Assembly (NCBI GenBank): GCA_035528375.1
Contig: DATKYS010000132.1
Location: 731 to 64,730 of the forward strand
DNA length: 64,000 nucleotides
Direction of reading: 5' to 3'
Source: a bacterium
Lineage (GTDB): Bacteria; RBG-13-66-14
The notes beneath the pieces are model-generated. The model did not search any database. It had not been told where the DNA came from and saw nothing but the letters and a program-made list of their open reading frames with translations. How positions within the stretch are numbered: position 1 is the first letter of the stretch; each line of letters begins with the position of its first letter. A program made the translations under genes and the position numbers. Shown here piece after piece: positions 26,970 through 37,185 of this stretch.

Positions 26970-29900
26970 TCAGAACTTCAGCTCCAGAGCCAATTTCACG
27001 TCGAAGCTCGAGTAGTCGTAACCCACCGAGGTCTTGTTGGTAAAGTCCTCGTAGGTCAGCGTCAGATTGGCGTGGATGTTGGTGGTGAGGTAGTACCCGC
27101 CGGTGAGCGAGGCGGTGTGGCGATTGGTGTCGTCGGGCGGCGTCTGGCTGCCTCCGGAGACGCTGTTCTCGACGATGGTCAGGCTGTAGCTCGCGGTGAG
27201 TTGCAGCTCGTTGCGCAGCGGCACGTTCTCGCCGAGGAAGGGGATGCGGAAGGAGCCCGGCAGCTCCATCACGTAGGTGAGGCTCGCCCCGGGGTTGTAC
27301 GTGTTGGTGACCCGGTGGGTGTCGCCGATGCCGTACGCCGACCCGCTCTCGTCGGTTATGGTCGAGGCCTCGGTGTAGGAGAGCATGGTGGAGAGGTCGT
27401 CAGACCAGGCGGCGCGCCAGGAGATGCTCGGTGTGTACGTCCGCGACAGGCTGACCCCGATCCACTTCGTCGTCTGTTTCTGGTAGGAGAGCTTGACCGT
27501 GGACTGCTGCAACAGGGACGCGAAGATGGGAAAATACTTGTGCCCGGTGATGGTGAGCTCGGCGGCGGGCCAGACCTCGGTCCAGGTCCGGCTGCTGCTG
27601 CCGTAGGCCTCGGAGAGGTCCGTGGAGAAAGAGTACTTGATTTCCCCGAGAAGGACGTCGTAGCTCGCCAGCTCGGGGTCGTCGAATCCGCGGAAGAACT
27701 CCAGCGGGCGGAAGCGGTTCGAGACGAGATAGGAGTAGCCCCGCCCCGAATAGGTGGGCTCGCCGGCCTCGTGCCAGATGTGGTCCCAGCCCCAGACGTA
27801 CTCGGGGGGCGGCTTTTGGGTGACCTCGTCGTAAGTCGAGCTCCTCCGGAGGGTGTAGTTCAGGTTGGTCGTCCAGGAGCCGAACCACTTCTCGATGAGG
27901 GTTCCCAGTGAGAGGGGCAGGCTGGCCGAGAAGTTGTTGCTGACGCTCACGTCGTAGGTCTCGGAAGCGTAATCCGAGGGGGGGTTGAAGAGCTCCGAGT
28001 AGGTGGTGCCGAAATCCAGCGACGGCTGAGCCAGGCGGAATCGGCTGAAGGAGAGCATCAGCCCGGAGTTCTGCGTGTGACTCACCGGTTCGGAGTGCAG
28101 CAGGTCGCGGGTATCCGAGATGGAGAAGCTGGGGGAGAAGGACAGCCCGCGGATGAACTGCCAGGTTACCGAGGTGGTGACCTCTTCCTTTCCGGTAATG
28201 GTGTCCACCCGCCCCGTTTCCTCGTCGTAATCGGTGGAGTCCTTCTTGTAGAGGTACCGGGCGTTTATCTTTGTCGGGACGAAGAAGAGCTCGGAGATTA
28301 ACGAGTAATCGAAGCTGGCGCTCGCCGACTCATCGTGGTCGTTGCGGCGGGCCGTCTCGTTCAACCCTCGGTAGTCGGTGTAGGAGAAGCCGAGCGTGGG
28401 CCAGCCCGTCTTCGAGAAGGCCAGGTTGGCCTTGGCGGTGTCCGAGACCGTCTTGCCCAGGTCTTCGACGGAACCCTCGTAATCGGCGATGTTTTCCACG
28501 TAGACGGTGGAGTGGGTCATGGAGCCGGTCAGCGGTATGTTGACGCGCCAATCGTCGGGCATGAAAGCGCCCAGCGCCAGGGTGGCCGCCCCGTCCAGGT
28601 CCTCGGCCGTGACCCCGGTGCGCCGGAGCCCGATGGACTGGAAGTCCCCGTCCACCTTCTGGTAGCTGCCCTCCACGGTGAGCACGTCGCCGAACTTCAG
28701 CGAGAGCCTCCCCCGCTGAGCCAGCCCCTCGCGCACGACCGGGTTTTCCAGGTCTATATTGTTTACCCAGACCCGACCCAGTCCCCCTCCCGGCTGGAAG
28801 GCGCCGCTCATGGGGCTGGTGGTCCCGACGCCGCAGGTGACCTCGTACGTGCGTACCAACTGCGGAGACCCGGCCACGGTGAGGTTGTTCCTCGTGTATG
28901 TCTCCGGACGCACCTCGGGGTCGAGGGCCTCGTACTCCTGCCTGAGGGCGATGAGCTCGGTGAAGTCCACTTCCAGCTTGTTCCAGCCCGGCGCCGCCAG
29001 GGGCATCGCCGCCTCGTAGTAGTTGTTCTCGTCGGTGCCGAAGCGGATGAAGAAGAGGTCTTCGCCTGATCTGTCCAGGTTTCGGTTGTTGATGGATACG
29101 GTCAGACGGTCGTGGGTGGTGAAGTCGCGGCTCTCCAGGAACTCCTGCACCGTGTAGCCTCGGATGACGTCCTCGGTGTCCAGCACACCGTTGCCGGCCC
29201 CGGTGGCCTCCGGGTCGTAGCCGGACCACCCGACGTCCTCGCCGGGGTCGAGGATGCCGTTGTGGTTCGTATCCTCGGTGTTCAGGATGCCGTCCCCCTC
29301 GCCGTTGTCCGGCTCGCCGGTGTCGCGGAACCGGGGATTCGGTTGGAAGGAGCCCCGCCCGAAACGTCCGTCGTAGCCCCAGTCGTTCCAGCGGACGAGG
29401 TTGTAGGCAAGGTCGAGGGCCTGCTCGCGGATTAAAAACCCCTGCGTGTCCTCGCGCTGCTCCAGCGGCTCGTAGTCCTGGTTGTCCTCGGAGTTCACCG
29501 TGCCCACGGCGAAGTGATTCCTCGGGTTTTCGGGCTCGGTGACCGGCGCCTCCCACCGGACGCCGGTGAGCCGGAGGTTGTACACGAGGACGGCCGTGTC
29601 CTCGCCTCCGACGAAATCCCCGGTGTTCTCGGACTCGATCCAGATGCGCATGGCCTTGATCAGTTTGGACAGAGGCGGCATGTAGTCCCCCGGCCGCGTC
29701 TCGTCGGTTTCCAGGGGGATGCGGATGGCCAGCCAGCCGTTGCCCAGGTCGCGCCCCAGGTACTCCTCGGGGATGTCCGCCAGGGGGAGGGCGTAGCCGA
29801 AGTGCTGCTCCGTGGTGTCCAGGGTGAGGTTGAAGTCCAGGTCCTCTGTGTTGAGGAGGGAGTTGTTCCGACCGATGACGACCTCGTCGTAGATGCCGCC

Positions 29901-32651
29901 GTCGCCCGTGTTGTTGAAGGTCCAGCCGCGCTCGTCCTCCGAGTAGTTCAACCGCCCGTCCAGTTCGCCGGGATCGGAGAGGTCGTCGGAGATACCCTCG
30001 TGCAGCCCCTCGTCCTCGGTGTCGTAGCCCTCGTAGCCGAAACCCGTGTAATCGCCGTCCGAGTCCTCGTTGATGAACCCGATGTCGAAGTGCAGCACGC
30101 CGCCGTTGATCTCGCCGCGGCGGTAGAGGTAGAACTCCAGGTACTTGAGGTTTTTCTCCTCGAGGTCCAGGCCGTTGGGGGAGATTATCCGGCAAACGGA
30201 GTCCCACTGCCCCGCCTCCTGGGGCAACGGCCGCGATTCGTCGGCGCCGAAAACCATGACGCGCACGACGTCCTCGTTCCACTCGTCGTTTATCTGGCTG
30301 CGGATCCACTCCTCATCCCCCACCTTCATGAGCCTCCGGTAGGCCTGGTCGTAGGCGCCGTCCTGGGTTACCGGCGGTGAGCTCGGGCCCCACTCGTCGC
30401 CGTCGGCGGGGAAGGAGATGGACTGGTGCGCGCTCTCCATGTCGTCCACGTGAGCCCGACCCGCCCGGTTCGGGTCGTAGAAGCTGTAGGCCCATTCGCC
30501 CTCGAGGGTGATGTTCGATTCCTCCTTCGATTCGACGAAGGGCAGGAGGTTGATGAAGTCGGTCATGAATTGGTTCCGCACGTTCAGGCTGGCGTCGGCG
30601 TCCATCACCTGATGGGAGCTGGGGATGGCCCGCAGCTCGGGAATCTCCAGCTTGTCCACCGGTAAGTCGGTCCACTCGCCGATGTAGGTCCCCCCCAGCG
30701 ACAGCACGTCGCCGAGGTTGAACTCCAGCCGGCCGCCGGCCAGCGTCTTGCCGGCCTCGCCGAAGAGCGGCTTGTACTCATATTTTATATTCAGGTCGGC
30801 GTCCGAGGAGTCGGCGCCGGGGACCAGGAATTCGATGTACCCGGAGTCGTAATCTATGATGTAGTCCACGTCGCGGACCAGGCGCCGGCCGTTCAGCGTC
30901 ACCTCCTCGGAGCCGGGGATGATGTTGGGCTTGAGGAAGCGGACGGCCGAGGCGCTGTGGTACTCCACGTGGATGTCGTAACGGTGGTTGCGCCGGGAGT
31001 AGCTCTCGTCGTAGGCGTCCTCGTCGGTGCCCTCCTCACCCTCCTTCTGGAAGGGGTAGCGTTTGGGGAAGATCAAGAGGCCGTTGGCAAAGTCTATGTA
31101 GTTGATGTTGACCCGGTCGTCGGAGCCGTCGGCGGCGCGGGTGAGCCCGAAGACGCGTAACAGCGGTTCCGAGGTGTTGCCGTCCCCGTCGAAGTCGTCG
31201 GCGTCGTTGGCCCGGTCCTGGAGGTCGAAAATCTCCAGGATGAAGTCGGAGTCGTTCTGCAGCCCGGAAGCCCCCAGGTAGTAGATGTTGTGGTACATGT
31301 ACCCGGTCAAAAGCGGGTTGATGATCCCGCTCTTGACGAGCTTGGGGTTCGCCGTCGCACCTCCACCGTAGCCCACCGAGTAGATGACGCCGGTGGGGCT
31401 GGAGGGGCTGGCCACCTTGTACTTGATCGCCACGTAATCGGTGGTGCTGATGCTGGTGGAGAAGGTGACCCTGCCGGTCGCCTTGTTGACGTAGAAATCC
31501 TGCACGTTCTCCAACCGGCGCCAGAAGTTGGAACTGATGGGATCATCGCCTGTCGGGATGGGCGGGTCGGTGGGGTTGCCCCCCTCGCCGTCCGAGTAAA
31601 TTTGGGCGTCGAGCGAGTAGTAGGTGTAGGTGGGGTCGCGCTGCTGGCCGTAGGAATAAACGTAGATCTCGATGAGGGCGCTGCCGTCAATGGGGGATTC
31701 GGCTATCTGCAACTGCGGTCCGAAGTGGGCCGGGTTGGTGTCCACCCGGTAGTAGATCCGCTCCGAGTAGCTCGTGTCCCGGATGTCCTCCCGCTGAAGC
31801 TGGCCGGTGCCGGTGAACTCCTCCTCCTCGGTGATGCCTTTCTCCCGGGAGCCGATCAGGGTGAAGGTGAACCACTCGCCCAGCCCGCCGATGACCTTGG
31901 CCCCGAAGAGGCTCTTCGCCGAGTAGCTGACGAACCGCGTCCCGGGGATGGAGAGGTTGACATCGCCCAGCTCGGCCCGGCGTATGAGCTCGTCCTCCCG
32001 GCCGGTGTAGATGAGGGACAGCTTGTTCCGCGAGTCGTTCTCCCGGGTGTCGTCGTAGTCCACGTTGACGGTAACCCGCTCGGCGATGGTCCCCTCGACC
32101 CGGATCTGGGTCTCCTGGTCCATGTTGAAATCACCCTGGGTACCCACCAGGAGTGGGTCGGGGGGATTTACGTAGGTTTTGGACGTGTAGCCGAGGACGA
32201 AGAGCTTGCGGCCGGTGATTTTCAGGGTGGTGGCGAGCCAGTCTATGGAGATGTCGCCGATGAGCCCCTCGTCGGCCTCGCGGGCGTAGGTCCGCTCGCG
32301 GAACCGGAGATTCGCCACCCGCTCGGACCACTCGTCGAGGTTGAAGGGGTAGGGGTAGGGATCACCGAAGGCGTCGTAGGTGCGGTTGTAGCTCCAGAGC
32401 CGTTCCCCGAGCTCCTCGGCGGTGGGAGGTGCGTAGGCGAAGGGCTCGAGGACGAGCTCCTCGTAGAAGCCGGGGGTTCTCGGGTTCTCGAGCTCGGGGG
32501 TGAAGAACGCCTCGTAGGGGTGGCGTTTGGGCGGGTTGATCCGGTAGTAGAACCTCTCGATCCGGTAGCCGTCGTCGGGTCTCGCCCGGAGTGTGCCGAC
32601 GACGAGGAGGACGGCGAGGAAGGCCAGGATTACCGGGACGACAGGGCGCAA
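26970..32651 (-). CDS. Giant (1893 aa) secreted/outer-membrane beta-rich protein; SprA/Sov-like T9SS translocon candidate
   Basis: Signal peptide. 5.7-kb uninterrupted ORF rich in D/E/Y/T/G/N. C-terminal ...YDYSSFDVKLALELKF OMP-type aromatic terminus. The SprA assignment rests on size and architecture only. Confidence 0.6.
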   Translation of the reverse strand: MRPVVPVILAFLAVLLVVGTLRARPDDGYRIERFYYRINPPKRHPYEAFFTPELENPRTPGFYEELVLEPFAYAPPTAEELGERLWSYNRTYDAFGDPYPYPFNLDEWSERVANLRFRERTYAREADEGLIGDISIDWLATTLKITGRKLFVLGYTSKTYVNPPDPLLVGTQGDFNMDQETQIRVEGTIAERVTVNVDYDDTRENDSRNKLSLIYTGREDELIRRAELGDVNLSIPGTRFVSYSAKSLFGAKVIGGLGEWFTFTLIGSREKGITEEEEFTGTGQLQREDIRDTSYSERIYYRVDTNPAHFGPQLQIAESPIDGSALIEIYVYSYGQQRDPTYTYYSLDAQIYSDGEGGNPTDPPIPTGDDPISSNFWRRLENVQDFYVNKATGRVTFSTSISTTDYVAIKYKVASPSSPTGVIYSVGYGGGATANPKLVKSGIINPLLTGYMYHNIYYLGASGLQNDSDFILEIFDLQDRANDADDFDGDGNTSEPLLRVFGLTRAADGSDDRVNINYIDFANGLLIFPKRYPFQKEGEEGTDEDAYDESYSRRNHRYDIHVEYHSASAVRFLKPNIIPGSEEVTLNGRRLVRDVDYIIDYDSGYIEFLVPGADSSDADLNIKYEYKPLFGEAGKTLAGGRLEFNLGDVLSLGGTYIGEWTDLPVDKLEIPELRAIPSSHQVMDADASLNVRNQFMTDFINLLPFVESKEESNITLEGEWAYSFYDPNRAGRAHVDDMESAHQSISFPADGDEWGPSSPPVTQDGAYDQAYRRLMKVGDEEWIRSQINDEWNEDVVRVMVFGADESRPLPQEAGQWDSVCRIISPNGLDLEEKNLKYLEFYLYRRGEINGGVLHFDIGFINEDSDGDYTGFGYEGYDTEDEGLHEGISDDLSDPGELDGRLNYSEDERGWTFNNTGDGGIYDEVVIGRNNSLLNTEDLDFNLTLDTTEQHFGYALPLADIPEEYLGRDLGNGWLAIRIPLETDETRPGDYMPPLSKLIKAMRIWIESENTGDFVGGEDTAVLVYNLRLTGVRWEAPVTEPENPRNHFAVGTVNSEDNQDYEPLEQREDTQGFLIREQALDLAYNLVRWNDWGYDGRFGRGSFQPNPRFRDTGEPDNGEGDGILNTEDTNHNGILDPGEDVGWSGYDPEATGAGNGVLDTEDVIRGYTVQEFLESRDFTTHDRLTVSINNRNLDRSGEDLFFIRFGTDENNYYEAAMPLAAPGWNKLEVDFTELIALRQEYEALDPEVRPETYTRNNLTVAGSPQLVRTYEVTCGVGTTSPMSGAFQPGGGLGRVWVNNIDLENPVVREGLAQRGRLSLKFGDVLTVEGSYQKVDGDFQSIGLRRTGVTAEDLDGAATLALGAFMPDDWRVNIPLTGSMTHSTVYVENIADYEGSVEDLGKTVSDTAKANLAFSKTGWPTLGFSYTDYRGLNETARRNDHDESASASFDYSLISELFFVPTKINARYLYKKDSTDYDEETGRVDTITGKEEVTTSVTWQFIRGLSFSPSFSISDTRDLLHSEPVSHTQNSGLMLSFSRFRLAQPSLDFGTTYSELFNPPSDYASETYDVSVSNNFSASLPLSLGTLIEKWFGSWTTNLNYTLRRSSTYDEVTQKPPPEYVWGWDHIWHEAGEPTYSGRGYSYLVSNRFRPLEFFRGFDDPELASYDVLLGEIKYSFSTDLSEAYGSSSRTWTEVWPAAELTITGHKYFPIFASLLQQSTVKLSYQKQTTKWIGVSLSRTYTPSISWRAAWSDDLSTMLSYTEASTITDESGSAYGIGDTHRVTNTYNPGASLTYVMELPGSFRIPFLGENVPLRNELQLTASYSLTIVENSVSGGSQTPPDDTNRHTASLTGGYYLTTNIHANLTLTYEDFTNKTSVGYDYSSFDVKLALELKF

Positions 32652-32802
32652 CGGATAACTCCCGGGCGGGGCTTCGGGGATTGAAAACGGCGGAATACGT
32701 TAATCTCAAACAGGATACGACGTTCTTTGATTCCCGGTTCCCCTCTCGGGACGGTATAAAGAGACCCTCCGCGGCGCGGGTCGCACACTCCGGAGGGGTC
32801 GC

Positions 32803-34983
32803 CTACTCGGCCTGGATTAAAGAGAGGTCGCCCACACGGCCGAAAACGCCCACCAGCTCGTTCAATAGTGCCAGGCGGTTGTCGCGGAGCTCCTCGGAGT
32901 CGGTGAAAACCGTCACCTCGTCGAAGAAGCGGTCTATTGCCTCGCGGAAGCCGGCGATTTTCCCCAGAGCGGCGTCGAAGTCTCCCCGCCGGACTGCGGC
33001 GGCCACCCCCTCCCCGTCGCGGGCGAGCAGCTTCGCCAGCCTGCGTTCCTCGTCCTGCTCCAGCCTGGCCGCATCGAAGGGCTTAAACTCGGTGAGGTCG
33101 AATTCCCTGGCTGCCTGGCGGAGGATGTTGCAGGCCCGTTTGTAGCCGGTCGCCACGTCGGCGAACTCGGTACTCCCCTTGGCCCGGGCGAGGGAGTGGG
33201 CCGAGCGCCAGGCGGACCAGGGGCGGGTCGGGTAGGCCCCCAGCGCCGCCCGAACGGCATCGGTCGGCAGACCCAGCTCTCCGAGCAGGCGGAGGGCGCG
33301 TTCGGCGAGGAAGGCCACCAGCTTCCCGTACACCTCGCCCTCGTCGAAAGCCCTCTTGGTCGTTCCGCTGAAATTCGAGACCGCAATCCGCAGGAGCGGT
33401 TCCAGGTCGAGCCGCGCGTGGTCGAATCCCGTGGGCTCGTGTCCCTCCACCCCGGCGGCGATGCCGATGATCCCCCGCGCGGCGCGGCGCAGCCCGTAGG
33501 GGTCCCTCGATCCGGTGGGGGAAAGACCGATGGCGAAGCACCCCGCCAGGGTGTCCAACCGGTCCAACAGCGCCAGGAGGCATCCCGCCGCCGTTTGCGG
33601 CAGCTCCTCCGCCCGGCCCGAAAATCTTTTCGGGAGGTACTGCTCACAGACGGCTCGCCAGACCGGCTCGGGCTCCTTCTGCGTCCGCGCCAGCTCGCCG
33701 CCGATCAGCCCCTGCAGGCCGGTGAACTCGACGACGAGACGGGTGAGCAAGTCCTGCTTGGCCAGGGAGGCCGCCCGCTCGAGGTGTCCCGCCACGGCCG
33801 GGTCGGCGCCGCAAAACCCCTCCGCGTTGACCGACTGCACGAGGGTGAGGAGGCGGTTCCTCTTGTCGGAATAACTTCCCAGACCGCGGATGAACTGGAG
33901 GTCGGCGAGCTCCTCGGTCAACGAAACCAGGGACCGCTTGCGGTCCTGATCCCAGAAGAAGGCGGCGTCGGTGAGCCGCGCCCGCAGGACGCGCTCGTGA
34001 CCGGCGACGACGCCCCCGACGTTCCTGTCCCCACCGTCCCGCACGACGATGAAACGCGGCAGGAGCGCACCTGTTGCGTCGCGCACCTCGAAGTACTTCT
34101 GATACTCCTTCAGGACGCTGGAGACCACCACCTCGGGCAATTCCAGGAACCGCTCCTCGAACCCGCCCTCCAGACAGGTCGGATGCTCCACCCCATTGGT
34201 GACGTCGAGGAGCAGCTCTTCGTCAAAAATTACGTTGCCGTGCGCGGAGAGCAGTTCTTCCAGACGCTTTTTGAGATACGAATACCGTTCTCCCGGCGAC
34301 TGGACGCCCCCCTCGTCGTCCACGGTGGTGCCGTCGGGGATGAGGTCGTGTTCCCGGCAGGCGCGGACGTAGGTGTCCAGGGAGGCGTCGGGCAGCTCGA
34401 ACTCGACGTCCGCCAGGAAACGGTGCCCCCTAGAGTGGCGCCCGGCCTTGATCTCGCCTATTTCCAGCGGCACCACCGCGTCGTCGGCCAGGGCCACGAG
34501 CCAGCGGATGGGCCGCAGGAACCTCACCTCGCCGGCGCCCCAACGCATGGCCTTGGGCAGCGGCAGCTCGGTGACGAGGGCCTCCGAGATGCCGGGGAGC
34601 AGGTCCACCGTGGATGCTCCGCCCGTTTTTATCTCCACCTGCACCCGTTCCCCCTTGGGCGTCTGGGCTATCCCAAGGTCGGCCTCGGTGAGGCCGAATT
34701 TCGCGGCGAAGCTGATGGCGGCCGCGGTGGGATTGCCCTCGCCGTCGTAAGCCACGTGGATGGGAGGGCCGAGCTTGAGGTCGGTCCTCTCCGGCTGCCG
34801 GTCCGCGAGCCCGGAGGCGTGGACCGCCAGCCGCCGCGGGGTGCCGAGGGCCGTTATCGAGACGAAGCCCAGGTCATTCTGGGTCAACTTTTCGCGCAGA
34901 AGGGCCGCGAGGTCGCCCAGGGCCGGGGTGAGGAAGCGGCTCGGCAGGTCCTCGACGCCGATTTCCAGAAGGAAGTCCATCAC
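32803..34983 (-). CDS. glyS: Glycine--tRNA ligase beta subunit
   Basis: MMDFLLEIGVEDLPSRF... N-terminus and full-length GlyS-like layout. Overlaps the glyQ stop by 4 nt. Confidence 0.85.
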   Translation of the reverse strand: MMDFLLEIGVEDLPSRFLTPALGDLAALLREKLTQNDLGFVSITALGTPRRLAVHASGLADRQPERTDLKLGPPIHVAYDGEGNPTAAAISFAAKFGLTEADLGIAQTPKGERVQVEIKTGGASTVDLLPGISEALVTELPLPKAMRWGAGEVRFLRPIRWLVALADDAVVPLEIGEIKAGRHSRGHRFLADVEFELPDASLDTYVRACREHDLIPDGTTVDDEGGVQSPGERYSYLKKRLEELLSAHGNVIFDEELLLDVTNGVEHPTCLEGGFEERFLELPEVVVSSVLKEYQKYFEVRDATGALLPRFIVVRDGGDRNVGGVVAGHERVLRARLTDAAFFWDQDRKRSLVSLTEELADLQFIRGLGSYSDKRNRLLTLVQSVNAEGFCGADPAVAGHLERAASLAKQDLLTRLVVEFTGLQGLIGGELARTQKEPEPVWRAVCEQYLPKRFSGRAEELPQTAAGCLLALLDRLDTLAGCFAIGLSPTGSRDPYGLRRAARGIIGIAAGVEGHEPTGFDHARLDLEPLLRIAVSNFSGTTKRAFDEGEVYGKLVAFLAERALRLLGELGLPTDAVRAALGAYPTRPWSAWRSAHSLARAKGSTEFADVATGYKRACNILRQAAREFDLTEFKPFDAARLEQDEERRLAKLLARDGEGVAAAVRRGDFDAALGKIAGFREAIDRFFDEVTVFTDSEELRDNRLALLNELVGVFGRVGDLSLIQAE

Positions 34984-35879
34984 GCAACCACCGCCCCGGA
35001 ACCGAGAATCCAGTCCGGCCTCTTTTCGATTCGTTCGAGGTAGAGGGCGGCGAGAGCGGAGGTAATCTTGCGCAGCCGGCCCAGGTAACGCGCCCTCTCG
35101 GCCACGCCCACCGCCCCCCGGGCGTCCAGGACGTTGAACAGGTGGGCGGCGTAGCTGACGAGATCGTAGGCGGGATAGATGAGCGGCTCTTCCGCCTGGA
35201 GAAGTTTCTCTATCTCCGCCTCGAGCTCGTCGAACTGCCTCGTGTAAAGCTCCACGTCGGCCGTTTCGTAGGAGTAGCGGCTGTTCTCGTACTCGGACAT
35301 CTGCTGGACCCGCCGGTAGCTCACGTCGGGCGACCAGAGGAGCTCGAAGCCGTCATCCACGCCGGCGATGTGCATCAACAGACGTTCAAGGCCGTAGGTC
35401 AACTCGACGGTGACCGGTTTGAGCAGGGCGCCGCCCATCTGCTGGAAGTAGGTGAACTGGGTTATCTCCATCCCGTCCAGGAGCACCTGCCAGCCGGTGC
35501 CCCAGGCGCCCAGGGAGGGGGATTCCCAGTTGTCCTCGTCGAACTTCACGTCATGGTCCAGCGGCTCGATGCCCACCGCCCGGAGCGAGTCCAGGTAGAC
35601 GTTCTGGATGTCGGCCGGCGAGGGCTTGAGGATGACCTGGAGCTGGAAGTGCTTGTAGAAGCGGTGTGGGTTCTCGCCGTAGCGGCCGTCGTCGGGCCGG
35701 CGCGAGGGCTCCACGTAGGCGGTACGCCACGGCTGCGGCCCCAGGACGCCGAAGAAGGTCAGCGGGTTGGCGGTCCCCGCCCCCGTGGGCATGTCGTAGC
35801 CGTGGCCTATAAGGCAGCCTTGGTCCGCCCAGAAGCGGTAGAAACGGAGGGTGAGCTCTTGAAGTGTCAGAATATTCAT
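34980..35879 (-). CDS. glyQ: Glycine--tRNA ligase alpha subunit
   Basis: MNILTLQELTLRFYRFWADQGCLIGHGYDMPTGAGTANPLTFFGVLGPQPW, which is highly conserved GlyQ. Confidence 0.9.
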   Translation of the reverse strand: MNILTLQELTLRFYRFWADQGCLIGHGYDMPTGAGTANPLTFFGVLGPQPWRTAYVEPSRRPDDGRYGENPHRFYKHFQLQVILKPSPADIQNVYLDSLRAVGIEPLDHDVKFDEDNWESPSLGAWGTGWQVLLDGMEITQFTYFQQMGGALLKPVTVELTYGLERLLMHIAGVDDGFELLWSPDVSYRRVQQMSEYENSRYSYETADVELYTRQFDELEAEIEKLLQAEEPLIYPAYDLVSYAAHLFNVLDARGAVGVAERARYLGRLRKITSALAALYLERIEKRPDWILGSGAVVA

Positions 35880-36124
35880 GTTCTATATAGTGTCATCAAA
35901 AATAAGGACTCGACTCCGGTTCGCAACCCGGTGAAAACCCGCGCAAAGCGAGATTTTAGGCCTTCCCGGCTGTCGTGTCAACCTGCGGCGCCGGTTCGGG
36001 GGTGCGGTTTGCGTCCGTGCACACCGCCGTTTTTACGGCTTCGCCACCGCACTTGCCCCTTGACCATACCGGGGATTCCCCGTATACTGTGCCCTCGAAG
36101 GAACCGACCCAAAGGGGAGCCCGC

Positions 36125-37174
36125 TTGGAAGAGATCCTCAAAAAGCTCACCGGAACCATCGGGCTCACCGGGATGGAGGAATCGGCCGCCCAGGTCGTCC
36201 GCGATCTCTGGGAGCCGTACACCGACGAGCTGCGCACGGACCGGATGGGGAGCGTCATCGGGTTCAAGCGGGGAGACGGACCCAAGGCTGAAAGGCTCCG
36301 CCTGGCCGTTCTGGCCCACCTAGACCAGATAGGCCTCGTGGTGCACAAGATCGAGCCGGGCGGCTACCTGCGCCTGCACCGGGTCGGCGGGGTGGACCGG
36401 CGCATCCTGCCGGGTCAGCTCCTCACCGTGTGCGGCTCCGAGCCGGTGAAGGGCGTCGTCGGCTCGGTCCCCCCCCACCTGCAGCAGGCCGGCGAGAAGA
36501 ATAAGGTCACCTCCTGGAACGACCTCTACCTGGATACCGGGCTCCCGGAGCGCGAGGTGCGGAAACGAGTCCGGGTGGGCGACCCCGTGGGTTACCCCAC
36601 GTCCTTCGTCGAGCTGCAGAACGACCGTCGGGTGATGGCCGGGGCCGACGACCGCTGTTCCGTGGCCGCCCTCACCTGGGCGCTCCGGCTCGCCCGGCGC
36701 CAGCGGCACAAGCACGACATCTACGCCGTCGCCGAGGTGCAGGAGGAGTGTACCGGAGTCGGCGCCTACGCGGCGGTTTACGGGATCGAGCCGCACTGTG
36801 CGATCGTCGTAGACGTGGACCAGGGGCGCCACGAGGGCGTTCCGGAAAAGGACTCCGTCGAGCTCGGCAAGGGGCCGTCGGTCAGCTTCGGTCTCAACAA
36901 CTACCCCGACCTGGTCGAGACGACCCTTAAGGTCGCCGCGGCCCAGAACATCCCCCACCAGAAGTTCTTCTGGCCCAGCCCCTACGGCACCGACGGGTCC
37001 ACCGTCGAAACCCTGCACTCCGGCATCCCGACCATCAACCTGGGCATCCCTCTGAGCTACATGCACTCCACGGTGGAGATGCTGGACATGGGCGACGTGA
37101 AGAACGCCGGCCGGCTGATCCTCGCCATCGCCGACGCCGATGGGCTGCCGGTCATCCCGCCGGTGGACTGGTAA
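36125..37174 (+). CDS. M42 family (FrvX/CelM-like) aminopeptidase, paralog 1 (TTG start)
   Basis: LEEILKKLTGTIGLTGMEE...AHLDQIGLVV...MAGADDRCSVAAL. M42 metal ligands present. Confidence 0.7.
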   Translation: MEEILKKLTGTIGLTGMEESAAQVVRDLWEPYTDELRTDRMGSVIGFKRGDGPKAERLRLAVLAHLDQIGLVVHKIEPGGYLRLHRVGGVDRRILPGQLLTVCGSEPVKGVVGSVPPHLQQAGEKNKVTSWNDLYLDTGLPEREVRKRVRVGDPVGYPTSFVELQNDRRVMAGADDRCSVAALTWALRLARRQRHKHDIYAVAEVQEECTGVGAYAAVYGIEPHCAIVVDVDQGRHEGVPEKDSVELGKGPSVSFGLNNYPDLVETTLKVAAAQNIPHQKFFWPSPYGTDGSTVETLHSGIPTINLGIPLSYMHSTVEMLDMGDVKNAGRLILAIADADGLPVIPPVDW

Positions 37175-37185
37175 AGGATTCATCC

